Assembly: GCA_905178155.1 (NCBI GenBank)
Contig: CAJINV010000022.1
Coordinates: 641,073 to 705,072 of the forward strand
DNA length: 64,000 bases
From: Amoebophrya sp. A120
Lineage: Eukaryota > Protista > Dinoflagellata
Reading direction: 5' to 3'
Shown piece after piece: positions 49,006 through 61,471 of this stretch. A model generated the notes under the pieces. That model was not told the origin of the DNA and made no database searches. It saw only the letters and a list, made by a program, of their open reading frames with translations. How positions within the stretch are numbered: the first letter of the stretch is position 1; every line of letters starts with the position of its first letter. A program made the position numbers and the translations under genes.

Positions 49006-52000
49006 TGAAAAGAAGCACATTTACACTCCAAGAACACGGAAGGTTTTTTCCCTGCATATTGGCCCGGGATATGAACTCGCAAAAGTATCGTACTCGTATA
49101 AATGCATGACAAATTTCCCCAGCATGAGAAATTAAATTTGTAATGCGGATTTAACTTAACAAAAAGATTTGTAATGCAAGACTTGCAATACGAGTGCGAT
49201 ATTTTTGCAATTCATACGGGAAGATGAAAGACGACTTGATCGTCTGTGCGCTGCTGTACCGTTCCTTGTTGTATCGGATGTAAAACTTGTCATGCATAGA
49301 GATGCATCAGACCTTCAATTTGTCATGCATGAAACGCAAAATCATTATACCCGACACACATACAATTCTTCCTCTTCATGTGCAATTATCGCATAACAAA
49401 TTGAAATTGAAGGAGTTCGTGATCGTGAGCAGATAGGTTTTACACGGGACATCCTGGTGCTTCAAGCGAAGCGAAAAATCCTCATCGTAGATGCCGATTC
49501 TGAAGAGGAGGAAGAAGAACAGGAAGATGACGGCCAGCCTGGAGCCAAAGCTGCCAAGGTGGACTCCGCCGAGAACAAGTATCTGCATCTCCTACACGTG
49601 CCAACGCTCCTGAAAGCGGTCGTCGATTCTTCAGGTCATACAACGATCGCTGCAGCAGCAGATGACTCCGCGACCACGACGCTGTCCTACCTCTCCTTTT
49701 ATCAAATGCAAATATGTCTGGGTCTAGAAACTTGTAATGCTGTGTTGGGATTAGCGAATGCTCTGTAATGCACAGCCAAGCATGAGAAATATCTTTGCCT
49801 CTTAGTGTTGCGTTTTTCGCATGACAAACTGCGTTTTTGCATGCCAGGCAAACGGGTCTCTTCTTGGACACGCATCACAAACTTTTTGGTCATGCCAGAC
49901 AGGCATGACAAATCTCGCAATCTTCCAGACCCAGACATTTTTGCATTTGATACCTTTCCGGATTTTTACGCACTGCTCTGTGCGCCCGTCCCAGCTATCA
50001 AATGTAAAAATGTCTGGGTCTGGAAGATTGCCGGGCTTGTCATGCATATTTTGCATGACTCCTCAAGTCAGTGATGCATGCCCTAGCATCACAGATTTTG
50101 CGAGGGCTTTCTGATGCCTATTCCGCATGACAAATGCCCTTTCCGTGCTGCAAAATTTGGACTCTCTTTGCTGCTCATGCAATACGGATTTTTTAGAATC
50201 CAAAATCAGCATGACAAGTTGGATTCCATCAGACCCAGACATTTTTACAGTTGATACCAGCGGACAGGATACCAAGATTGGACGAGGTACTGCTGCGACG
50301 ATGTAGTGCGGATCAGCACGATGACATCAAAGTCGGAAAGAACCCGATGGTGGAGCTGCTGGAGCGGGTTGGCCAGCAACTTTTGTTCCTCACCGTCGCC
50401 TTCATCTACAATGTGCAGGACTGGGAATATCCTGAGTAAAAACATCCCCACACCAGAGTGAAGATGGGGATTTTGCAACACAAACCTAGAACTTTTGGGA
50501 GTCACGCATCACAGGTTGCAGTCCGTAGTGTAGGCCAGGTTCGCAAGGCCAGCCGCATCAGAAATCCATCTGCTCATCCTGTTTACAGCATTACAAATTC
50601 CAAAACAGGATTGGAAATGGCTCTCATGGGGATGCGCATTACAAGTCTTCCTGTCTTTGCAAATCTGCATTACAACTCTGGTGTGGGTAGGTTTTTACTC
50701 AGGATAGAGAACGGAAATTCGTCAAGATCCGGCAACAAACCGCCAGCGACGACAAGAAGGCGAAGCGCGTATCAGATGTAAAAATGTCTGGGTCTGGAAA
50801 CTTGTGATGCTAAAATGTGCATGATGAAAACACTTTCGAATGCAGTCCGGCATGACAGTTTCCCAAAACGCTTTCTCATAGGGAATCCGCATGAGAAGCT
50901 GCGTTTTTGCATGACAAAAGAGGCTGCGACTTTTGTTGGTCACGCAATACAGATTTTCTAGGTATGGAAAGTTAGCATTACAAGTTCCAACCTTCCAGAC
51001 CCAGACAGTTTTACATTTGATAGCGCGAGGGACAGTTCGATTTGCTGGACCTGTTCCAGATTTCGAAAGAGAAAGAGGTCTATTTGTTGCGGAAATACGG
51101 CGTGGTCACGACAGGAGACGACGGATCACGCGGTGGATCTTCTTCTGCCCTACAGCGTGCAAGAACCAACCGGCGGAAGTACTACATCACGCCAAATGCC
51201 AGCAAGACCGCGATGAGCACCACGCTCGCATCAATTCCGCGCTACCACGACATTGTGAATTTTCCAGACTTATGAACTGCAAAAGTACTATCGTACTCGT
51301 ATAAATGCATTACAAATTTCCACAGCATGAGAGATAAAATCTGTAATGCGGATCTACCTTAAGAAAAAGATTTGTAATGCATGAGTGCAATACGAGTACG
51401 ATACTTTTGCACAGAATAAGATTTTTTGGAAGTGCTCTTTACGGATTTTTCGGCGGCTGCAGGAGGGGACCATGCGATGCTCTACAATTCTGTTGTTGTA
51501 TCGTGTGCAAAAGAAGTATCGTGCTTGTGCTAATTGTATATTGTAAGTGTGCATCAAGAAAAACTACGAGAACAGGTATGGCTGTAGCTGTATATCTGAA
51601 CCTGCATGACAAAATCAAACTTATTTCGGAAAGGAGATTTATCATGATATGGATGCTATAATGCGATACTTTTGCGAAAATGCATATGCTGGTACGGTTG
51701 GCACAGCTGCAGGGGGAATCCCGCAGATTGGCCTTTTCAGCCGAGCTTGCTCCCCACCATGGCGGGGGTCGTCGCTGCATTTATTACGCCAGTCCAATTC
51801 TCCTGCTCTCCCGCACGAAAAAATGGATCCGGTCTACACTGAGCTCTTCCACGCCTTGAAGTCGGCAAACACAGCTGCCGCAGGGGCTAAGGCACTGGAA
51901 ACACTGCACGAGCAGACGTTGACTATTCACGACTTTGTCAACAATTTGTTCGTCGCGGGGAGGTACCAACAGGCCGAGAAAAGTGGTACGGCTGGCGACG

Positions 52001-55000
52001 GGAAGCACGCAACGAAGCACACCGCAGTGCAGGAGATTGTGGATGACGTGCATGGTATCCAGGAAAAAAACTCTGTAAGAAGTGGAACTTTCTTTGTAGG
52101 AAGATCAGCATTACAAATTCGTTTTGCATTACAGGGAACAAAACCTGTCATGGGCAGCTAGTATCAGTGGAAACACGTATGAAAGTGGCCTCTGACGCAC
52201 CTCTAGCATGACAAGTGTAACAGCTTTAGCATTTCCTGCATCACAGACTTACACTTACACAGTTTTTTTCTTGCATACATGGGTTTCTCAATCTACTGGG
52301 CGATGAGACGGCGGACGAACCTTGCGTCACCATAGAACACTTCGCGGTCATTATGGACAACCTGTTGCATTCTGGAACAGTAACCTCGAATACCAGATTA
52401 AAAAAAACCGTCGTATTAGGGCCAAATCGGTTTTTTAATCTACGGAATTTGTACTAAATGCCGTTTTGTTGCCAAGCAAGCAAGTAAAAAACGCAATATG
52501 AGTCTGTAAATTTGCAGGTCGTTTTGCAGAGTTGTCTGTGTTGTATCCTCTACGCCAAAAAATGCAGGAACGCAACATACTTACACGTACACGATTTAGG
52601 CCCCGATAGAAGATGTTACGCCACGATAGCATATGGGCAGTTCACGCTCCAGCACCAGGAAGACCACGGGCACATGACACTCTTCGCCCTGAAGTCCTAC
52701 CTGAAGCTCTACCTCCTTTTCAAAGACAGAATCGAGGCTGCGATCCTCGGGCAAACGCACGCACAGCTGCAGGACACGGTGAAAAATCTCTACCGGGTTA
52801 TCGTAAGGAAAAATCCCCCCTCCCCATATTGAACACGCACGCGCCTGAAAATTTGTGATGCAGATTTGTGACCACAAATGATCCTGTTTGTTTTGCAAGA
52901 AGGCAAATCTAGAGAGTCCGCCGCACGGTTTAGGCGGTTTGTGATGCTGTTGGGCCTACAGCGCAGACGTTTGTCGTGCTAGGCACCTACGTCAAAACCT
53001 CTCGCCTCAGGCTTTGCATATGCCTGCAGTCCTCTGCTGCAAGACAAACGCGATTTGTGTATCCACATCCAGCATAGGAAGTTCCGTCTTGATATTGGGA
53101 GGGGGGATTCTTCCTTTTGATACGGGTGTCTCTCCCACACCTAGCGGGCGAAAATAGCGCGTTCGCAGTCCCGCGACCCTTCCAGGGAAAGAGAGGGCGA
53201 AACCCGGGCGTCGGAACGGTGGTGGGGCTGAACATGAAGTGGGCCGATATCAAAAGGAAAAACCGCCCCTCCCCATATCGAAAGCGAAATCTGTGGTGCT
53301 GTATTTGAGTACATGTACACAAATCAACTTGTATTGCTAGAAGACAAAGGGGCGCAGTTGTGGCCTCGTTTGCAAGCGATTTGTCATGCTGTTTCCCATT
53401 TGCAGCTGCCTCGTGTCATGCTGAGAATGCCAGGCTTTCCCGCGCAGCCTAGCACTACAGTCCGCATCTTTTTCGTTCTAGCATGACAAAGCTGATCTGT
53501 GACCACAAATCTGCATCACAGATTTCCGTTTTGATATGGGGAGGGGGGATTTTTCTTCTTGATAGCCGAGTTTTGGCATTTATCAGGTTTGATAGCATTC
53601 CCGTATTTATCCCCTGCACTTGCGAGAGCTTCTGTGCCCAAAATTTGAACAAAGAATAAAATTACACCAACAAAAGAAACAGCACGCACGCTGTTCCGCG
53701 AGTAGGTGTAGGGCGGACAGTGGACGAGCGCGCATTGTTCATTTTTTCCCATGAGCAGCTAGAGCGCTCCGTGTTTAGCTCGTTTTTTATTTCTTGACCC
53801 GAAAGTAGGACTTTTTTAGGCCACAAGCGCTGCAACCGTGAGGCCGAAAAGGCTGCGCCGCGCAGCTCTTGTTCGTTGTCTGACTGTAAATAGGGAGCGC
53901 ACAATCGGCTTTCTCTGCTTTGTGCCGAATCGTCAAGGCATGTTTGTGCCGAATCATCTATCAAGGAACTTTTGCCTTCTACTAGCCTACTCTAGAAAAG
54001 GCGAAAATTATGCGAAGTTGTTAAACCTGATGGAGCTCGCATGCGCATTACAAACCCAAATCCGGAATTACGTCGGAGTCAGCGCACGTGAATTTGGCGC
54101 AGCACTACCCAGTATTGGAGCAGTTTGCCGATAACACCAGCTGGACGGAGCAGTGCAAGAAACTTTTTCCGAAGGGCGCTCCAATATCAACTGCAAATAT
54201 AATGTCTGGGTCTGGAAACTTGTGATGCTGAAATGTGCATGACTAAAATCCTTCCGAGTGCACCCAAGCCTGACACTTTTGCCGAACACTTTCTCATGCG
54301 CAGTGCGCATGAGAAACTGCGCTTTTGTAGGAGGCCTCGTTTTGTTAGTCATGCAATACAGATTTTACAATTACAGGAATGTCGGACTTGCATTACAAGT
54401 TCAATGTTTCCAGACTTGCATATTTGCAATTCATATCCAACCTCCTCTCTCGACATTGTCTCCCTGGCGGTCAACCCGAAACCCGGAGAGCATTTTTGGC
54501 GACTGCTCTACCGATTTCTGGTCACGATTGACGGGTCGGAGAACGCAAAGGCCGAAGCGTTGGAGAAGCAGTTTTTGGAGGTCAAGAACATCTATGAAAT
54601 CGCTGCCAGGATGGGGTTATGCACTGCAAAAGTATCGTACTAGTATACCTATACATTGCAAGACAAATTCCCTCATCATGAAAAATGAAATTTGTAATGC
54701 GGATTTAACTTGACAGAAAAATTTACATGATGCATAAATGCGATCAGTACGAGTGCGATCATATTATTGCAGTGCATAGGGGTTTGCGCACGAGAGTGTG
54801 GTCCCGGGGACGACACGCCGCGCCGCGCCAAGCATTCAGCAACAAGGGGTCAACGTTAAAGTGAAAATATCTTTTCACGAGTTTCTGCAGTTCAGCACAG
54901 CGGATTTACGGCAAGCTCACACGCAAGCTGGCCGTAGCGCAATGTACAACGGGCAGAACCCAATTCCTGGCAAGCCCGTGGTGAACTTCTTTCCCTACCT

Positions 55001-58000
55001 GCGGATCTTGTTCTCCCTCTTCCTCCAAGCGGGAGGAAGTGCTGGATACGCACTGACAGCTGCGGAGGTTGCTGAGTTTCTGGACAAGCTTTCTGACGGG
55101 TCGAGACCTGTGGCGGGGGCGGGGGAGGTCCTGAATTATGGATTGCAAAAATGTCTGGGTCTGGAACATTGCAACTTGTCATGCTCAATCCGAATCATGC
55201 AGAAATCTGTGTTGCATGAGTGCCAAAGGCTGTCCACTTTCGACCAAGTTTGGATGGAGTTTCTCGTGCAGGAGAGGCATGCGGGAGACCTCACAGACTC
55301 CGTCATGCTAGGTCCCGCATTCCAGACCTCATGGGTCATGAAAAACTTACATGACAAGTTTACACTCTTCCAGACCCAGACATATTTGCATTTCGTATGA
55401 ATTCATCCCACACGAAAGTCTACAGCTTTTTTGACTTCCACGATTTGCTGATGGGCCTCACAATATCCCATGAGACAACATGATCATCTTCGCAAAAATG
55501 AATTTGCATTTTTGCAAGAAGTCCTACGAGGGATGCAGTAGCAAAACCTAAACGTAAACCTTGTATTCCACGCATGACAAATTGAAGTAGACTCGGCGAA
55601 TTTACTTATTCACATTGGATATTTGAACCCAACGGCGATAAACACCAACTTTCATCTATCAGAAGGAAAAATTCCCCCTCCCCATATCGAAACGGCATGC
55701 TTCCGGAAATTTGTGTTGCTGATTTGAGGTCACAAATCACATTTGTCTTGCAAGAAGACAATGGCAGAAGCTTCCGCCCCGTTATGGAAGCGATTTGTCA
55801 TGCTGTTGGGCCTAAAGGGGGGCCGTTAGCCATGCTGAAGAACTAGACCCATACGCCCCTACCTAGCCTGCGGATCTGGCCGCAATGCCTCTCTGCAATA
55901 CGAAGCTGATTCGTGTACACAAGTCCAGCATCAGAAATTCCGTTTCGATATGGGGAGGGGGGATTTTTCATTTTGATTCCATCTCTCGGCCGCGGTGCAG
56001 GAGAAGCTGTTCGGCAAAACAGATTCGCCATCCTATCAGAGTGAAAAATCCCCCCTCCCCAAATCAGAACGGAAATCTGTGATGCGGTATTTGTGTACAC
56101 AAATCCAATCTGTTTAGCAGTAGAGGACTGCAGGCAGATGCAGTGCCTGAGTAGGGGCGTTTTGCTGTAGGGCCCCAGCAAGGCAGGCATATCCTCTGTG
56201 GGCGATACAGCATTACAAAGTGCCTGCAGAACAGAGCTGATTCTCTGCCTTTGCCCTCTTGCAATACGGGGGCGATTTATGGCCACAAATCAGCATCACA
56301 AATTTTCAGTAGTGCCCCTTTTTGGTATGGGGACGGGGGAGTTTTCCTCGCAATACATCCGCTCGCGAAAACACGATCGCCGCAAGGTCTATCGCCGACA
56401 CCTGTGCTGCGCTTCTTTTTGTGAAACGCGCCTTTCAACAAAGGCAGCGGTTGACCGGCGCCCTGGCGTTATCAAATGCAAAAATGTCTGGGTCAGGAAG
56501 ATTTCGAGATTTGTCATGCATATTTTCCATGAGCCATGATGTCTGTGATGCATGCCGTAGCATCACAGATTTTTAGAGGGCTTTCCGATACCTCTACTGC
56601 ATGAGAAATGCCCTCTCCGCGTAGGACAAAATGGAGGCCTCTTGCTGGTCATGCAATACAAATTTTTTTAGAATCCAGAGACAGCATCACAAGTTCCAAC
56701 CTTCCAGACCTAGACATTTTTGGATTTGATAGGCGTATGACGAGGACGATGAGACGAAGCACACGGTGGAGCACATCCTGGCTTTGACAGTATCCTGTCC
56801 AAAATTATCGTACTCGTATTGCAATCATGCATTACAAACTTTTTTCTCTTGGGTAATCCGCATTACAAATTTGATTTTCATGCTGGATTTGTAATGCATT
56901 TATACGAGTACGATACTTTTGCAATGCATAGACAGAGCACGGGAACAACAATAACCCGCACTACAACGTCACCCCCTTGGACAAGCAAACTGTTATCGAA
57001 AAGCAAGCGGAAATTTCCATGTGGCGGCAGATGGATTTCGTGAATATGCTAGCGGCGTTGATGGGCAACTACCAGATGGGCGCGGGGAGGGCAGCAGCTC
57101 GAGGAGCACCAAACCCGGGTAGTTCCGCCGCTGGCGCGACATCCACCTTAGTGCAGCTGCAGGCGGAGGCACTCTGGGCGTCTTTGCTGCCGGTTCTGAT
57201 GAAGCTGAACCAGCAGCACCTACGTGACGGCGACTTTGGTACAGGCGGACAGGAGGCCAGTGTATCAACTGCCAAAGTATCGTACTCGTACAAATGCATG
57301 ACAAATTCCCTCAGCATGAGAGATAAAATTTGTAATGCTGACTTACCTTGAGAAAAAACTTTGTAATGCATGATTGCAATACGAGTGCGATACTTTTGCA
57401 CAGGATACAGTGGCGACGATGACGATGGCACGTATGTGAACGTGATCGAGGAAGAGACCGAGTTATGCATTGCATCAAATATGTCTGAGTCTGAAAGGCT
57501 GCAAACTTGTGATGCGGATTCTGGAACAGGCAAAAATCTGTATTGCATGCCGAGCAAAGGATGTCCGATTTTTGTCTCGAATGGATATTTATCATGTGGG
57601 CCAGGCATGAGTAAGCAAAAGCATCTCAAGAATTTGTAAATGCTCTGCGTGCATTCGAGACCTCCGGGAAATGAAATGCAGCAGCAGTAGCATGACAAAT
57701 CTCCGACTTCTTCCAGACCAAGACATATTTGCATTCGAGACGGTTACCCGATTCTCGTGGTCGCGGAACTCTTACACACGAACTTTGACGCAACGAGCGG
57801 CGTATCAACTGTAAAAATGTCTGGGTCTGGAAGATTGCCAGGTTTGTCATGCACATTTTGCATGACTCCTGATGTCTGTGATGCATGCCCTAGCATCACA
57901 CATTTTGTGAGGGCTTCCTGAATCCTATACCGCATGACAAATACTCTTTCCGTGTAGCAAAACTCGGACTCTCTTTGCTGCTCATGCAACACAGATTTTT

Positions 58001-60793
58001 TTCGAATCCAAAATCAGCATGACAAGTTGGATTCCTCGAGACCCAGACATTCTTACAGTTGATACGGCGGCGCCGTGGTGGGATCTTCAGACGGGATTGC
58101 CTCGCCGTATCCGACTAGCGGTTACGAGTTTTTGCACTCAGTTCTCGATCTGTTCTTTGACGTGTTATGAATTGCAAAAGTATCGTACTCGTATAAATGC
58201 ATATACAAATTTCCTCAGCGTGAGAAATCAAATTTGTCATGCTGATTTACCTTTAAGAAAAAGATTTGTGATGCATGACTGCAATGAATACGAATACGAT
58301 ACTTTTGCGCAGGATACGTGTTTCTTCCCTGCTTCGGGCTCTCAGCTGGAGGTGGAGCTGCTCCCGGCGCTTCAAATATGACCGCACTTCTACTCGGGTC
58401 GACAACGGCATCGCCTGGGACCGCGAAAATATACTCGGAAAAACTGCAGTCGTACTTGACGTTCCCAGAATTGGTGGCAGCAGTACCGACCGGTGTGCTG
58501 TTCGGCGCCTCACCCAAGCAGGCAGACCCACTTGCCCGGGCGCAAGCGCTGCAAACCGTCACGCACCTGCTCAAGCTCGGGAACCGGCGAGCCAATGGCA
58601 ATGCAGAACTCTCCAACCCCGCACACCAAATTTCCTCGGGCGGAAATTCCGCCCATGTTCCCAAACGCGCCAAAAAGCAGGCGCCGATCTTTACGACGTG
58701 CATGGCCCGGCTCGTGGAAGGGAGGGTGACAACCCGCGTGCAAATTGGCCTGCTCGCGGTGACGGACACTACCGGCACCCTGGAGAATTCCTCCGCGGCT
58801 GGAGGTGGACCTCTGCAACAAGGTCAGAAATACTTCCTTTTTTCCTGTGACTACCTGGACAAAGCAGCGAGGGAGAAACGGCAAGCCGACACGGCGGCCC
58901 CGCTCCCTTTCGAAGCTGTGGTGGAGGATACCGAGTTTACCGTGATGCAGGAAACACGCACGGGGCAGTCTTATGAGTTGCAAAAGTATTGTACTAGTTT
59001 AGTAGAAGTAAATGCATAACAAATTTTTCTCAGCATGAGAAATGAAATTTATCATGGTGAATCAGCCAAGAAACCAGATTTGTCATTCATGATGGCGATT
59101 GCTACGATGCTTTTGCACTGGACAAGTCTGCACTGTTGGTCAAGAACCCCATGCAGCGACAGGTGTTGCTCGCCCTCTTCATTTATCAAATGCAAATATG
59201 TCTGGGTCTGGAAGGTTGGAAGACTTGTCATGCAGGTTGTCCAACACGCGTGAGGTCTGTCATACATGACCCAGCATGACAGATTCTTCCCGACCTCTAT
59301 CATGCCTCGTCTGCATGAGAAATTCCCTCTCAGCTTGGTCAAAAGTGGACAGCTTTTGGTAATCATGCAACACAGATTTTTGCACTATCCAGAATTAGCA
59401 TGACAAGTTGCCTTCTTTCAGATCCAGACATATTTGCAATTGATATCATTCCCCAGCAGGTGCTCGCGCACTATCCTGTGCAAAAGTATCGTACTCGTAC
59501 AAATGCAAGTCTTGCATTTAACAAATCTTGTTTCCAAGGGAAATCTGCAGTACAAATTTTATTTCTCATGCTGAGGAAATTTGTAATGCATTTATACGAG
59601 TACGATACTTTTGCACAGGATACGCACTTCCTCCAGTTGGTAAGAGCCCACAGCTTCGGCGGCGGGAAGATAAGTTTCGCCGAGAGCAAGCAAGTTCTCG
59701 AAGAAGAAACGACCGCAGACCAGCTGGACGACTTGCTCAGCCTGTGGACAAGGGAGTACGTTGCCGACCAGGTTATGCCTGCCACGCAGGCCCAGCGCTG
59801 CGTCATACTGCCGAGCGAGAAGCAGACGGAGCTGCTGAGGAAGCAGATTATTAGTACAGCGGGAGAACGAGGTCGCGATGCAAATACCGTGTTCGTCGCA
59901 GAAGATGATGATGATGTGTCACGTATGCAACCTAACCGCGGCCACAAGCTGATGAAAGCGGAGTCTGCTGCTTCGAAGGCACTCAGCGCGCCAGAGTCCA
60001 AGGAATCTACGCCGCGAATGGAGCGACCAGAAGTGTCAATCCGGAAAACGGTTTTCGAACTTTTTTCGAACACGCCGGTGCCCATGTTCGGACCAGAGTC
60101 GGACTACTGGCAAACTAACGTCGTTCACGCGACGATCAGCTGGGAAGCTTTCTACCAAGAGCAGTATCTGCGAAAGGTCACGGCGGCCACGCGTGGAGAC
60201 AGCTCGGGAACTAGCAACTTCCAGTCCGATATTGATTTCCTTCACACGGTATCAATCGCAAATATGCCAGGGCCCTCTGGAAGATTCATTGCGAGATTTG
60301 TATATGAATTTCGCGAACCACACACATCGTCTGGAAAAATGCGCACAGAGAGAAATCCCCCTCGTTCGTCTAACAAGCAGTTGGCAGCTTTTGGTGCTCA
60401 TGCAACGCAGATTTTTTTGTGATGGAGATTTCGCATCACAAGTTGCAATTTTCCAGAGGACGCAGACATATTTGCAACGCATACACGGTTGCGAAATTCA
60501 CGGAAGCTGCAGTGGTTGCGGCTAATGCGTTGGGGGACGAGTTTGTGTACAACAAGAAATTACATCAGGCGAATACGTCTTATGCGCAGGGCGCATCGCA
60601 GACCAGATCTCTGATGCAGAATTACAAATCGGAGTGGAACCGGATGAGCAACAAGGCCACCGGGCTCGCCATGTTTGAAGACGATATCACGTTCACGGGC
60701 AGGTATGCTGTGCAAAATCGTCCACGCACAAAAATTTGCTTATCCACGCCATGGGAAATTTTACGGCCCTATGACGTGCTGCTGTGCCAGTAA
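49006..60793 (+). CDS. Very large hypothetical protein (possibly two genes) split by ~25 introners
   Basis: Consecutive GC3-rich exons join in frame on removal of element plus one TSD (e.g. 49700-49952, 49996-50256, 50428-50706, 50770-51022, 52799-53122, 54185-54435, 56470-56731, 57803-58064, 59184-59445, 59472-59622, 60250-60483). Start codon and region ~53650-54070 unresolved. Confidence 0.6.
52799..53122. mobile_element. Family D introner (type copy; ~8 copies, ~305-340 bp)
   Basis: TIR TATCnnAAGGAAAAATCCCCCCTCCCCATAT; TSD CGGGT. Others at 36947-37287, 37585-37910, 41224-41527, 53248-53564, 55657-55978, 56034-56355 and the split copy 17671-22510. Confidence 0.92.
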
Positions 60794-61114
60794 AGTTTCT
60801 CGCTCTCGAAGTGCAATCAGTGCAGTGCAATAGCTTAGTGATGCGGCCAGCGGAATTAGTAAGCGTGACTAGGCTGAGGATCCAACTTTGTTATACGTGG
60901 GCACTCGTCTCTGGTGAGTATGATGATGATCGCAGAGTTCCCTATATGAAGTAGCTGTCAGGGCGTTTTTCCACAGCACAAGAGGGGCTTGGTTCTCATA
61001 GTCGTCTTACGAGTTGTAAATATGTCAGGAGGCTGGGGGAAGTAAGATCAAGGCTGTTTATCTTTATCCATGTTGCATGAAGATAATAGTTAGTCACGCT
61101 GCGCAACATATGAA

Positions 61115-61470
61115 TGGCCTTCGCCACGCCGCAAACAAACAAGCCAGCAAAGGCTGGGATAGCCTACCCAAGGCTGCTGCATTTCCTCCGCCCCGACGCA
61201 AATAAACAAGCCAGAAAGGAATGGGAAAGCCTACGCAGGGCCGTCGACCTGCTTTGGGGGCGCTGGTTGTCCGCATTCCCTTCGCCTCGCCGCAAACAAA
61301 CAGGCCGGCAAAGGTTGGAGAAGCCTACTCCGGGCCGCTGCTCTGGCTGGGGCGCGTTGGCTTTTCACCTTCGTACCCCCTTCGCCCCGCCGCAAACAAG
61401 CAGGCCGGCAAAGTAAGGGTGGGGAAGCGTATTAAAGGGAGGCCGCTGCCCTGGTTTGGGGGCGCTGGGG
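61115..61470. repeat. About 4 degenerate tandem copies of a 70-100 bp unit (GCCGCAAACAAACA(A/G)GCC(A/G)GCAAAGG) preceding the satellite
   Basis: Motif visible near 61128, 61197, 61289 and 61388. Confidence 0.75.
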
Positions 61471-61471
61471 A

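Noticed and set aside
3248-60483. CRISPR-like repeat-spacer appearance of repeats separated by unique DNA
   Set aside because: The repeats are 145-330 bp TIR elements with TSDs, the unique segments are in-frame exons, and no cas genes are evident.
4212-60525. Recurring short ORFs containing FQTQTFLHLI, KCKNVWVWK, MSGSG or YEYDTFA
   Set aside because: These are translations of introner TIRs, not a protein family.
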